Origin: an uncultured Oscillochloris sp.
GTDB lineage: Bacteria; Chloroflexota; Chloroflexia; Chloroflexales; Chloroflexaceae
Length of the DNA stretch: 64,000 bases
Assembly (NCBI GenBank): GCA_964555675.1
Contig: CAZKTU010000006.1
Coordinates: 993-64,992 of the forward strand
Direction: 5' to 3'
Positions 35,974 to 44,815 of the stretch are shown here, piece by piece; positions within the stretch are counted from its first letter, which is position 1; each line of letters starts with the position of its first letter. A model generated the notes under the pieces. The model saw only the letters and a program-made list of their open reading frames with translations. It was not told the origin of the DNA and made no database searches. The translations under genes and the position numbers were made by a program.

Positions 35974-36690
35974 CTACAGCGGCCGGTCGACCGGCCGGAC
36001 CTGGGTGTCGATCTGCGTCGCCTGCTCGCCCTGGGCTCCGCTCAAGCGAGTGTAGGCGTAGCCGGCCCCCGCGGCGAGTAGGCCGCCCAGCAGCCACTTC
36101 GCCCCGCCGCCTCTGCGCCGCTCCTCCAGCGTGTGGGGCCGCAGGGGCGTCCGCGAGGCGAACAGCTCGAGCATGGCCTTCTCGAAGGCGGGCAGGTCCT
36201 GGGGCCCGCGGCTCGAGACCCAGTTGCTGTCGCGCACCACGGCCGCGTCCTCCCAGATCCCCCCGGCGTTCATGACGTCATCCTTGATGCCGGGCCACGA
36301 GGTCAGCCGCCGCCCGCGCACCAGCCCCGCCGAGATCAGGACCCAGGGGCCGTGGCAGATCACGGCGATCGGCTTCTCGGCCTGGTCGAAGGCCAGCACA
36401 AACTGCTGGGCCTCGTCGCTCTGGCGCAGGAAGTCGGGGTTGATATGCCCGCCCGGCAGCAGCAGCGCGTCGTAGAGCGCGGGGTCCGCGTCCTTCAACA
36501 GCCGGTCCACCTTCACCTTGCGGCCGGGCACGAGCAGGTTCATTCCCTGGATGCGGCCCTTGCGCAGCGAAATCACTTCGACCACAGCCCCGGCCTTCGT
36601 GAGGGCCTTCAGGGGCCCGGTCAGCTCGATCTGCTCGAAGCCGTCGGCGGCCAGGGCCGCGACGCGTAGCCCGTTCACAGTATGCTTCAT
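35974..36690 (-). CDS. DJ-1/PfpI family protein with hydrophobic C-terminal tail
   Basis: Start MKHTVNG with GGAGGAG RBS. Nucleophile elbow AVICHGPW. The C-terminal segment GGGAKWLLGGLLAAGAGYAY looks like a membrane anchor. The longer ORF to 37488 is antisense to the GT2 gene and is rejected. Confidence 0.85.
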   Translation of the reverse strand: MKHTVNGLRVAALAADGFEQIELTGPLKALTKAGAVVEVISLRKGRIQGMNLLVPGRKVKVDRLLKDADPALYDALLLPGGHINPDFLRQSDEAQQFVLAFDQAEKPIAVICHGPWVLISAGLVRGRRLTSWPGIKDDVMNAGGIWEDAAVVRDSNWVSSRGPQDLPAFEKAMLELFASRTPLRPHTLEERRRGGGAKWLLGGLLAAGAGYAYTRLSGAQGEQATQIDTQVRPVDRPL

Positions 36691-36825
36691 GCTCTCCTCC
36701 GTATCGTTTAAGCTTCCCTTCGCAGGTTGTCTAGCAGCATCTGTGCCGATGGCACGCCCATTGCTTGATCCCTTGCGGCGCCGGGCGGGGCCCGGGTTCA
36801 TCCTGCTCAAAACAAAGGGGGTTCC

Positions 36826-37680
36826 ATGGCTCTGGTTGACGTGCTTATCCCCACCTGCGACCGCCCGACCGGCCTGGCGATCGTGCTCGCCGGCCTCCTC
36901 GGCCAGACCTTCACCGACTTCGACGTGGTGATCTCCGACCAGAGCCATGGCCGTGACCCTTTGCAGAGCGTCGAGATCCGCACCCTCGTCAAGGCCCTCG
37001 AGTGGCACGGCCATAGGGTCAGCCTCCACCGGCACCTGCCGCGGCGCGGACTGGCCGAGCAGCGCCACTTTCTGCTGAGCCAGAGTGCGGCCACCTACGC
37101 CCATTTCATCGACGACGATGTGATCCTCGAGCCGCGGGTCCTCGAGCGCATGGTGCGGGTCATCCAGCAGGAGGGCTGCGGCTTCGTCGGCTGCCCCGCC
37201 GTCAGCCTCGACTACCTGGACGACGAGCGGCCGCACGAGCAGGAGCAGCTCGAGCTCTGGGAGGGCCCGATAAGTCCCGAGCCCTTCGTGCCGGGCAATC
37301 TGCCCTGGCTGCGCCATAAAGTCAATAATGCCGCCACGCCCCTGCACCTCGAGCGGCGCCTGGTGCGTGACGGCGCACCGCTGCGCTACAAGGTCGCCTG
37401 GGTGGGCGGCGCCAATCTGCTCTTCGACCGCCAGAAGCTGCTGAGCGTCGGCGGCTTCGCGTGGTGGCCTCGTCTGCCCGCGGCCCACGCTGGCGAGGAG
37501 GTGGTCGTGCAGTTCCTACTGATCAGCCGCTACGGCGGCTGCGGCCTCCTGCCCACGGGCACCTACCACCTGGGCCTGCCCACCACGGTGACCGAGCGCC
37601 AGCGCAACGCGGTCGAGCTCTTCGGCGAGTTGCTGGCCGAGCTCGGGCCCGCCGAGGTCGAGCGCAGTGTTGGAGGCTAA
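36826..37680 (+). CDS. Family 2 glycosyltransferase
   Basis: VDVLIPTCDRP...FDVVISDQS N-terminal GT-A motif and an FIDDDV (DxD) motif. AGGGGG RBS. Confidence 0.8.
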   Translation: MALVDVLIPTCDRPTGLAIVLAGLLGQTFTDFDVVISDQSHGRDPLQSVEIRTLVKALEWHGHRVSLHRHLPRRGLAEQRHFLLSQSAATYAHFIDDDVILEPRVLERMVRVIQQEGCGFVGCPAVSLDYLDDERPHEQEQLELWEGPISPEPFVPGNLPWLRHKVNNAATPLHLERRLVRDGAPLRYKVAWVGGANLLFDRQKLLSVGGFAWWPRLPAAHAGEEVVVQFLLISRYGGCGLLPTGTYHLGLPTTVTERQRNAVELFGELLAELGPAEVERSVGG

Positions 37681-37692
37681 GGGCATAGTGAA

Positions 37693-37719
37693 GGGGCGGC
37701 GAGAGCACCTCGCCGCCCC
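37693..37719. terminator. 11-bp GC stem-loop between convergent genes
   Basis: GGGGCGGCGAG-agcac-CTCGCCGCCCC, between the GT2 stop (37680) and the repeat-protein stop (37748). Confidence 0.55.
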
Positions 37720-37747
37720 GTGTCTTGGGATCTGCCTGTGGCCCAGG

Positions 37748-40141
37748 CTAGTTGTTGACCGTGAAGCGGATCACCGTAGAGGTGACCGTTCCCTTGGTGG
37801 TGTCCACGGGATAGGCCGTGGCAGTGATCTCCCAGGCTCCGGTCGCCAGGCTGGTGTTCCAGGTCGGGTTGAAGCCACGGCTGCAGGTCGAGGTGCCGCC
37901 GAAGGCGCAGTACTTCGTGCTGCTGCCCGCGTTGACCGTGGTGGTGTAGGTCGTGCCGCTCGGGCTCTTGAAGGTAAAGACCACCTTGCTGATGCCCCGT
38001 GCGCCGCTGGCGACCTCGGGATCGTAGGCTGTCGCCTCGACCCTTGGTGCGTTGCCGCCGCGCGAGGCCGAGCTGTTGTTACTGGGCACATTGACCGTAA
38101 CTACCGGCGTCCCGTCGATGGCGGTCAGGGTGACCGACGACGAACAGGCAAGCGACTGTCCTTGGGTCAGCGTTTGGGCGGTCACCTTATGGGCCGAGTT
38201 GAGGCTACCCGGGCCCAGGTTGCTCAGGGTGAAGCCGGCGCTGCTCCACAGCGTCTTCGCGTTGGTCACAGTTTGGCCAACCATGTTCGGCACGCTACAC
38301 AAGGTCGGCGCGACGCTCATGATCGACGAACAGAGCTGGGACGAGCCCGCGGCCAGGCTCTGGGTCGATACGGTGAACTCGCCCGAGCCGGGCGCGCCCG
38401 TGCCGCGGGTCAGCGCGACCGTGAACTGGTCCTGGGTCCACTTCGTACTGGCGTTGGTGAAGGTCATACCGGCCAGGTTGGGCGTCGTACACATTTGCTC
38501 GGAGGCGGTCGCCGAGCCGTTGTAGACGATCTCGCTGCCCGCGACCGGGTTGGTGGCGCCGATGCGGCGGTTGCCGCCGCCCCAGCTGTTGTTCAGGGTC
38601 GCCGAGCTGCCGCAGGCGTTCTTGAAGGCCTCGCCATTGTCCTTGACGCTATCGTACATCTGGCCGGCCAGGTTGGGCACCGTACAGACCTGCGGTTTGA
38701 CCCACATCGTATCAGTGCAGAGGCGACTCTCGCCGGCGCTGTACTGCTGCGACTTGATCTGGGTGCTGCCCGAGAGATTGAAGGGGTTCTGGAGCGAGCC
38801 GGTAAACTTGGCGCCCGACGCCCCCCAGGCCGTGCCGGCCTGCGAGAACGTCTTGTTGATCATGTCCGGCACGGTACACATATTCGGCTGCACGAACACC
38901 TCGCTCGCGCAGGCGAGCACCGTGCCGGCGGCCGTCAATTGCCCGGTGATCGTGAAGTCGCCCGCGACTGTGGCGGGCTGGCGCAGGTTACTGGTGAAGT
39001 TATTCGGCGCCTGCTTCCACTCGGTTGCGGCCACGCTATAGAGCTTGCCGACCATGTTCGGTACCGTACACATGTTGGGCTGTACGGTCATGGTAGTTCC
39101 GCCGCAGGCCACCTGTTGCCCGGCGGGCAGGCTCTGGGTGCTGATCGGGAAGTCGCTCGGCGTATTGGCCGCCTTCTGGAGGGCGTTGCTGAAGCCGCTG
39201 TTGCTCCAGCTGGTCTGGGCACCAAGGAATTGCGCGCCGACCAGGTTGGGTACGGTACAGGTGTTCGGCTTGACCTCCATCGCCGCCTCGCAGTAGACGA
39301 CCGAGCCCGACGACAGGCTCTGTGTGGCGATGGTGAAGCTATCGGGCATGCCGGCGGCCCGCGTCAGGTTGGCAGCGGGAAAATCGTCGTCCCAGAGGGT
39401 GTTGGCCGAGCCGGTCCCGTTGATGTTAAACACCCTGCCGACCAGATAGGGTACGGTGCACATCTCTGGCTCGACCTGCATGGTCGACTCGCAGTCGATC
39501 GCGCTGCCGCTGGCATACTGCTGGCTAACAATGTTGAAGCTCTCGGTGCTATCGGCGGGGCGCTGCAGGTTGGTTTGCCTGAAGCCGGCCGTGAGCCAGG
39601 CCCCGTCTCGGGCGCTGGCAAAGGCCTGATTGCGCAGATCGGGGACGGCGCACTGCTTGGGGCCGACGGACATGGTTGTCCCACTGCAGACGACCCTGCT
39701 GCCTGCCACCAGCGACTGCGAGCCGATCGGGAAGGTGCTCGACGCATTGGCGGGCTTGCTCAGCGTGCCGGCGCTGAAACCATAGTTCTGCCATTCGGCG
39801 ACGGCGGCATTGTACTGATAGTTGAGCAAGTCAGGCACATCGCACATCGCCGTCACGACGGCCGTGGGGGGGAGTGCCGTGAGCGTGGGTGGGGCCGGGG
39901 GGAGGCGTACGGTCGGCGACGGCCCTGCCGTGGCGGTCGGGTCGTCGGTGATATTGAAGCTGTTGCGCAGCGTAGTGGCCGCGGTCACAACCGATTGGTA
40001 GACAGCGCGCCCCGTACCCTGGGCCAGCATAAAAATCATGACAAGAGTCAGCGCATACTCTACGAGCGACTGACCATGCCTGGCGCTACGACGCGCTCGT
40101 CCTCGAAGGATGGGCTTATGAGGGGATGCTTGCGTACTCAC
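37748..40141 (-). CDS. Repeat protein: Flp/TadE-type prepilin-like N-terminus + nine PASTA-like repeats + C-terminal Ig-like domain
   Basis: GTG start with GGAGG 4 nt upstream. RHG/QSLVEYALTLVMIFMLA matches the G/xxxxEY prepilin motif. Repeats begin at Cys 100, 164, 228, 295, 358, 422, 486, 551 and 615. Confidence 0.75.
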   Translation of the reverse strand: MSTQASPHKPILRGRARRSARHGQSLVEYALTLVMIFMLAQGTGRAVYQSVVTAATTLRNSFNITDDPTATAGPSPTVRLPPAPPTLTALPPTAVVTAMCDVPDLLNYQYNAAVAEWQNYGFSAGTLSKPANASSTFPIGSQSLVAGSRVVCSGTTMSVGPKQCAVPDLRNQAFASARDGAWLTAGFRQTNLQRPADSTESFNIVSQQYASGSAIDCESTMQVEPEMCTVPYLVGRVFNINGTGSANTLWDDDFPAANLTRAAGMPDSFTIATQSLSSGSVVYCEAAMEVKPNTCTVPNLVGAQFLGAQTSWSNSGFSNALQKAANTPSDFPISTQSLPAGQQVACGGTTMTVQPNMCTVPNMVGKLYSVAATEWKQAPNNFTSNLRQPATVAGDFTITGQLTAAGTVLACASEVFVQPNMCTVPDMINKTFSQAGTAWGASGAKFTGSLQNPFNLSGSTQIKSQQYSAGESRLCTDTMWVKPQVCTVPNLAGQMYDSVKDNGEAFKNACGSSATLNNSWGGGNRRIGATNPVAGSEIVYNGSATASEQMCTTPNLAGMTFTNASTKWTQDQFTVALTRGTGAPGSGEFTVSTQSLAAGSSQLCSSIMSVAPTLCSVPNMVGQTVTNAKTLWSSAGFTLSNLGPGSLNSAHKVTAQTLTQGQSLACSSSVTLTAIDGTPVVTVNVPSNNSSASRGGNAPRVEATAYDPEVASGARGISKVVFTFKSPSGTTYTTTVNAGSSTKYCAFGGTSTCSRGFNPTWNTSLATGAWEITATAYPVDTTKGTVTSTVIRFTVNN
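38114..39844 (-). repeat. Nine tandem ~64-codon (about 192-bp) coding repeats
   Basis: Periodic CTVPNLVG...QSL.AG...C...M.V.P units (periods 63-67 aa), diverged at the DNA level. Confidence 0.85.
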
Positions 40142-40364
40142 GCTGCCTCCGCGGGTTGGTTGGATGGATCTAGTGGTCGAGAGAAAAATGAGTGCGATGA
40201 AGGACCGACGAGATCTGGCTGTGATGGCTGGGGAGTTGCGCTGAGTTTGGGTCGATGGCCCTCCTTGCGCCCTTGATAAAGCGCAGACACACGACTACAA
40301 GCTACAGTATACGGCGGGCGGCATACGGATGCGTAACAAGCTCACAGCACTGGTGTGAGGGAGA

Positions 40365-41459
40365 ATGACCATGACGGCAACAGAGCGTGAGGCGGCCGAG
40401 CTGACCGAAGAGCTTGCCGACTGTGTCTCGCCCCCCGAGGCCGCCGCCGCCGCGGGCCTGCTCTATGTGCGTGACGGCGATCCCGGCATCACGCGCGAGG
40501 CTGACGGCGAGGGCGTGCGCTATGTCGCACCTGATGGTCGGCCCGTGACCGATGCGGACGAGCTGCAGCGGATCAAGAGCCTCGGGATTCCACCCGCCTG
40601 GCGCGATGTCTGGATCTGTACGCGGCCCGAAGGACACCTGCAGGCCACTGGGCGCGATGCAAAAGGTCGTAAGCAGTACCGCTACCACCCGCGCTGGCGC
40701 GAGGTGCGCGACGAGTCGAAGTATGAGCGCACCCTGGCCTTCGCAGAGTCTCTTCCGGCGTTGCGCGAGCGAGTCGCTCGCGACATGGCCCGCCCCGGCC
40801 TGCCGCGCGAGAAGGTTCTGGCCACGGTGGTGCGCCTGCTCGAGACCACCCACATCCGCGTCGGCAACGAGGAGTACGCCCGCGAGAACAAGTCTTTCGG
40901 CCTGACGACCATGCTCGATCGCCACGTCAAAGTTGATGGCGGACAGATCAGCTTCGCCTTCAAGGGCAAGAGTGGTGTGAAGCACCGGGTCGGCCTCAGC
41001 GACCGACGCCTGGCCAGGATCGTGCAGCGCTGCCGCGATTTGCCGGGGCAGCAGCTCTTCCAGTATCTGGATGAGGATGGGGCGGTACAGGACCTGGGCT
41101 CGGCCGATGTGAACGCTTACCTGCGCGAGGTGACGGGGCAGCCCTTCACCGCCAAAGACTTTCGCACCTGGGCCGGCACGGTCTGGGCGGCCAGCTTGCT
41201 GCGGGGAACGCCCCCCGCCGAGTCCGAGCGCGAGGCGAAGCAGCAGCTCGCCCGCGCGATCGAGGAGGTGGCAACGCGCCTCGGCAATACGCCGACAATC
41301 TGCCGTAAGTGCTATGTCCACCCAGCGGTAATCCAGGCCCATCTCGGCGGCGCTCTCCGTGAGCAGCTAGGCCCGCCGCCCCCCGATGACCCGGGCGACG
41401 GCCTGGCCCCCGACGAGGTGAGCGTGATCGCCTTTCTCAAGGGGCAGCTCGCCACGTAG
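40365..41459 (+). CDS. Type IB DNA topoisomerase (bacterial, poxvirus-like)
   Basis: GIPPAWRDVWI, GRDAKGRKQYRYHPRW, FRTWAGT and catalytic-Tyr region TPTICRKCYVHP. Confidence 0.88.
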   Translation: MTMTATEREAAELTEELADCVSPPEAAAAAGLLYVRDGDPGITREADGEGVRYVAPDGRPVTDADELQRIKSLGIPPAWRDVWICTRPEGHLQATGRDAKGRKQYRYHPRWREVRDESKYERTLAFAESLPALRERVARDMARPGLPREKVLATVVRLLETTHIRVGNEEYARENKSFGLTTMLDRHVKVDGGQISFAFKGKSGVKHRVGLSDRRLARIVQRCRDLPGQQLFQYLDEDGAVQDLGSADVNAYLREVTGQPFTAKDFRTWAGTVWAASLLRGTPPAESEREAKQQLARAIEEVATRLGNTPTICRKCYVHPAVIQAHLGGALREQLGPPPPDDPGDGLAPDEVSVIAFLKGQLAT

Positions 41460-41513
41460 CCGTCGCACGCCGAGCCGCGGGATTGCGAGACTCGCAGCGA
41501 CGGTCCTCGGCCC

Positions 41514-41522
41514 TGGTACAAT
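41514..41522 (+). promoter_or_regulatory. Extended -10 element (TGgTACAAT) upstream of the AGPS-like/glpD pair
   Basis: TGgTACAAT lies about 110 nt upstream of the ATG at 41631. No convincing -35. Confidence 0.35.
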
Positions 41523-41630
41523 ATTCGGCAAGGGTTCATCACGCGGCGCGTTCCTTGCGCGTTCCGCGCGAGGTGGGGAAGCTCTTGCCTCGCGCCCCGC
41601 CGCGCATCCCAGCAGAACGAAGGGGCCCAC

Positions 41631-43217
41631 ATGCGACGCTGGAATGGATGGGGCGATGCCGAGGTCCACGCCCACGTGCCCGACACGGCGGCTCGCTTCA
41701 TCGCGGCGGCGCTGGGACCCGGCCGCCCGCGGGTCGATGCGACCCTGGCCGAGGTGGCCGCCGCGGCGCCTGCGTCCCCGTTGCCCACCCACCCGCTAGT
41801 GGCGACGGATGCCCTGAGTCGCACACTCCACGCCCGCGGCCAGAGCCTGCCCGACTGGGTCGACCTGCGCTACGGGCGCGTCAACAGCTTCCCCGCCGGC
41901 GTGGCTATGCCGCGAAGCGCCGCCGAGGTCCGCGCCCTGCTGGCCTACGCCTCGGCCAGCGGCGCCCGGGTGATCCCCTATGGCGGCGGCACGAGCGTCG
42001 TCGGGCATCTCACGCCGTCTGCCGACGCGCCCTCCCTGGTGGTGAGCATGGCCCGTATGCGCCGCCTCCTCGGGCTCGATGCCGACGGTCGCCTCGCGAC
42101 CTTCGAGGCGGGTGTGGCGGGGCCCGGCCTCGAGGCTCAGCTGCGCCCCCACGGCCTGACCCTCGGCCATTACCCCCAATCCTTCGAGTATTCGACCCTG
42201 GGTGGTTGGATCGCGGCCCGCTCAAGCGGCCAGCAATCGCTGCGTTACGGACGCATCGAGCAACTCTTCGCCGGCGGGCGTATCGAGACGCCCGCCGGGG
42301 GCCTCGCCCTGCCGCCCTTCCCCGCCTCGGCCGCGGGGCCTGATCTGCGGCAGCTCGTCCTCGGCTCGGAGGGCCGCCTGGGCGTGATCACCGAGGCCAC
42401 TGTGCGGCTCACGCCTCTGCCCGAGACAGAGGAGACCCTGGCCGTCTTCTTCCCCGACTGGGGCCGCGCCCTCGAGGCAGCGCGCGCGCTGGCTCAGGCG
42501 GGCCTGCCCCTGGCCATGCTGCGCCTCAGCACGCCCGTCGAGACCGCCACCAACCTCGCCGTCGCCGGCCACGCCCGCGCCATCGCCGCACTCGAGGCCT
42601 ACCTGGCCCTGCGCGGCATGGCCCGCGAGAAGTGCATGCTGCTGCTCGGCTTCGCCGGCGAGGCGGCCGCAGCCGACTACGCCCGGCGCGGCGCCCTCGC
42701 CCTCGTCGCTCGGCACGGCGGAACTTCACTTGGCCCCGCCCTGGGCCGGCAGTGGACAAAGGGGCGCTTCCGCACCCCCTACCTGCGCAATGCCCTCTGG
42801 GAGCAGGGCTACGCCGTCGATACGATGGAGACCGCCGCTACCTGGGCGCAGGTGCCCGCGCTGGTTCATGGCATCGGCCTGGCCCTGGCCCGGGCCCTCG
42901 AGCCCTGGGGCGAGCGCGCCCACGCCTTCACCCACCTCTCGCACGTCTACCCGAGCGGCTCGAGCGTTTATACGACGGTCATTTTCCGGCTGTGCGACGA
43001 CCCGGACGAGCTGCTCGAGCGCTGGCGCGCCCTCAAGGCCGCGGCGAGCGCGGCGATCGTCGCCCACGGCGGCACGATCAGCCACCAGCACGGGGTCGGT
43101 GTGGACCACGCGCCCTACCTCGGCGCCGAGAAGGGCGAGCTCGGGCTCGCGGCCCTACGCGGGGCCTTCGCTCGCCTCGATCCCGACGGGATCATGAACC
43201 CCGGGAAGCTCCTATGA
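41631..43217 (+). CDS. FAD-linked oxidase, alkyl-dihydroxyacetonephosphate synthase-like
   Basis: N-terminal RRWNGWGD motif, FAD-binding PCMH-type region (VIPYGGGTSVVG), C-terminal ISHQHGVGVDH. GAAGGGG RBS. Confidence 0.85.
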   Translation: MRRWNGWGDAEVHAHVPDTAARFIAAALGPGRPRVDATLAEVAAAAPASPLPTHPLVATDALSRTLHARGQSLPDWVDLRYGRVNSFPAGVAMPRSAAEVRALLAYASASGARVIPYGGGTSVVGHLTPSADAPSLVVSMARMRRLLGLDADGRLATFEAGVAGPGLEAQLRPHGLTLGHYPQSFEYSTLGGWIAARSSGQQSLRYGRIEQLFAGGRIETPAGGLALPPFPASAAGPDLRQLVLGSEGRLGVITEATVRLTPLPETEETLAVFFPDWGRALEAARALAQAGLPLAMLRLSTPVETATNLAVAGHARAIAALEAYLALRGMAREKCMLLLGFAGEAAAADYARRGALALVARHGGTSLGPALGRQWTKGRFRTPYLRNALWEQGYAVDTMETAATWAQVPALVHGIGLALARALEPWGERAHAFTHLSHVYPSGSSVYTTVIFRLCDDPDELLERWRALKAAASAAIVAHGGTISHQHGVGVDHAPYLGAEKGELGLAALRGAFARLDPDGIMNPGKLL

Positions 43218-44797
43218 TTTGCTGGGACGATCGCTACCGCGAGGCGTTGTGGAGCCGCCTGGGCGAGCCGTGGGACCTGCTGATCGTCGGGGGCGGCATC
43301 ACGGGGGCGGGCCTGCTGCGCGAGGCGGTGCGCGTGGGGGCGCGCGCCCTGCTGGTCGAGCAGCGCGACTTCGCCTGGGGCACCTCGAGCCGCTCCTCGA
43401 AGCTGGTCCATGGGGGCCTCCGCTACCTGGCCAGCCTGCAAGTCGGGGTCACGCGCGACTCGGTGCGCGAGCGCCAGCGCCTGCTGCGCGAGGCGCCCGG
43501 CCTGGTGACGCCCCTCGACTTCGTGCTGGCCGCCTACAAGGGCGAGGGTCCCAGCCCCAGGCTCTACGGCGCCGCCCTGGCCGCCTACGATATGCTGGCG
43601 GGCCAGTGGCGCCATCGCAGCCGTGACGCCACGGCGATCGGCGCGCTGGCCCCGCACCTCGAGCGGGCCGGCCTGCTCGGCGGCGCGAGCTACGGCGATG
43701 CCCAGACCGACGATGCCCGGCTGGTGCTGCGCCTGCTGCGCGAGGCCGCGGCGGCCGGCGGCGCGGCCCTCAGCTATGTCGAGGCGAGCGAGCTGATCCG
43801 CGAGGACGAGCGGGTCGTCGGGGCGCTCCTGCGCGACCACGAGACGGGGCGGTTCGCCCCTGTGCGGGCCGGCCTGGTGATCAACGCCACGGGGGCCTGG
43901 GCCGATGGGCTGCGTGGGCAGCTCGGGCGCGCGCCGGTGCTGCGGCCCCTGCGCGGCAGCCACCTGATCTTCCCGGCGGCCCGCCTGCCCGTGGGCGGCC
44001 ATGCGATCAGCTTCCCGCACCCCGGGGACGCCCGGCCCGTCTTCGCGCTGCCGTGGGAGGGTGTGACCGTCGTGGGCACCACCGACGTCGACCACAGCGG
44101 CGAGCTCGCGATCGAGCCCCGCATCAGCCCCGAGGAGGCGACCTACCTGCTGGGCGCCGTGCAGAGCCGCTTCCCGCGCCTGGGCCTGACCCGCGAGGAT
44201 GTCCTCGCCACATGGGCCGGGGTCAGGCCGGTGGTCGGCAGCGGCCAGGCCGACCCCTCGAAGGAGGCCCGCGACCATATCGTCCGGGCCGAGGACGGGC
44301 TGCTCACCGTGACGGGCGGCAAGCTCACCACCTATAGGCTGCTGGCCCTCGAGGCCATGGCCGCGGCGCGTCGCCTGCTGCCTGCCCTGGCCGCCCCCGC
44401 AGCGCCGGCGCGCGCCCTCGACGCCGCGCCCAGGGGTGTGGTGGGCGCCGAGGGCCTGGACGCCCTGGCGAAGCGCCGCCTGCTGGGGCGCTACGGCGCC
44501 GAAGCGGGCGCCCTGGTCGCCGCCGCTCGCCCGGGCGAGCTGGGGCCTGTGGCCGGCACGGCGACCCTCTGGGCCGAGCTGCGCTGGGCCGCCCGGGCCG
44601 AGGGGGTGCGCCACCTCGACGACCTGCTGCTCAGGCGAACGCGCCTCGGCCTGCTCCTGCCCGGGGGCGGCGCCGCCATCCTGCCCGCCGTCGGCTCGAT
44701 CTGCCGCGACGAGCTCGGCTGGAGCGCCGACCGCTGGGCGCAGGAGGCGGCGCGCTACGAGGCCTTGTGGGCCGAGGCGTATAGCATGCCGGGGTGA
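43214..44797 (+). CDS. glpD: FAD-dependent glycerol-3-phosphate dehydrogenase/oxidase
   Basis: In-frame ATG with ATGA overlap onto the previous stop. DLLIVGGGITGAG dinucleotide fold, then GTSSRSSKLVHGGLRYL. Confidence 0.88.
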   Translation: MICWDDRYREALWSRLGEPWDLLIVGGGITGAGLLREAVRVGARALLVEQRDFAWGTSSRSSKLVHGGLRYLASLQVGVTRDSVRERQRLLREAPGLVTPLDFVLAAYKGEGPSPRLYGAALAAYDMLAGQWRHRSRDATAIGALAPHLERAGLLGGASYGDAQTDDARLVLRLLREAAAAGGAALSYVEASELIREDERVVGALLRDHETGRFAPVRAGLVINATGAWADGLRGQLGRAPVLRPLRGSHLIFPAARLPVGGHAISFPHPGDARPVFALPWEGVTVVGTTDVDHSGELAIEPRISPEEATYLLGAVQSRFPRLGLTREDVLATWAGVRPVVGSGQADPSKEARDHIVRAEDGLLTVTGGKLTTYRLLALEAMAAARRLLPALAAPAAPARALDAAPRGVVGAEGLDALAKRRLLGRYGAEAGALVAAARPGELGPVAGTATLWAELRWAARAEGVRHLDDLLLRRTRLGLLLPGGGAAILPAVGSICRDELGWSADRWAQEAARYEALWAEAYSMPG

Positions 44798-44815
44798 GCG
44801 GGCGCAGCGCCGGCG

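Noticed and set aside
35974-37488. 504-aa ORF extending the DJ-1/PfpI gene far upstream.
   Set aside because: The extension is antisense to the GT2 gene and low in complexity. An internal ATG at 36690 has a GGAGGAG SD and gives a normal-length DJ-1 protein.
38114-39844. Regular tandem repeats of about 190 bp that could be mistaken for a CRISPR-like or satellite array.
   Set aside because: The repeats are in-frame coding units of one ORF. They are long and diverged, with no short identical repeats or unique spacers.
37667-40276. 869-aa plus-strand ORF antisense to the PASTA-repeat gene.
   Set aside because: It has no start context and a Gly/Arg/Ala-rich composition. The minus-strand frame shows a clean 64-aa periodic repeat with conserved Cys/Pro/Gly positions and a good SD.
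42632-44797. 721-aa ORF (also 3658..5265, 535 aa) suggesting much longer GlpD and AI-2E proteins.
   Set aside because: The N-terminal extensions overlap the upstream conserved genes out of frame and are Arg/Pro-rich. In-frame ATGs at 43214 and 3973 give canonical N-termini.
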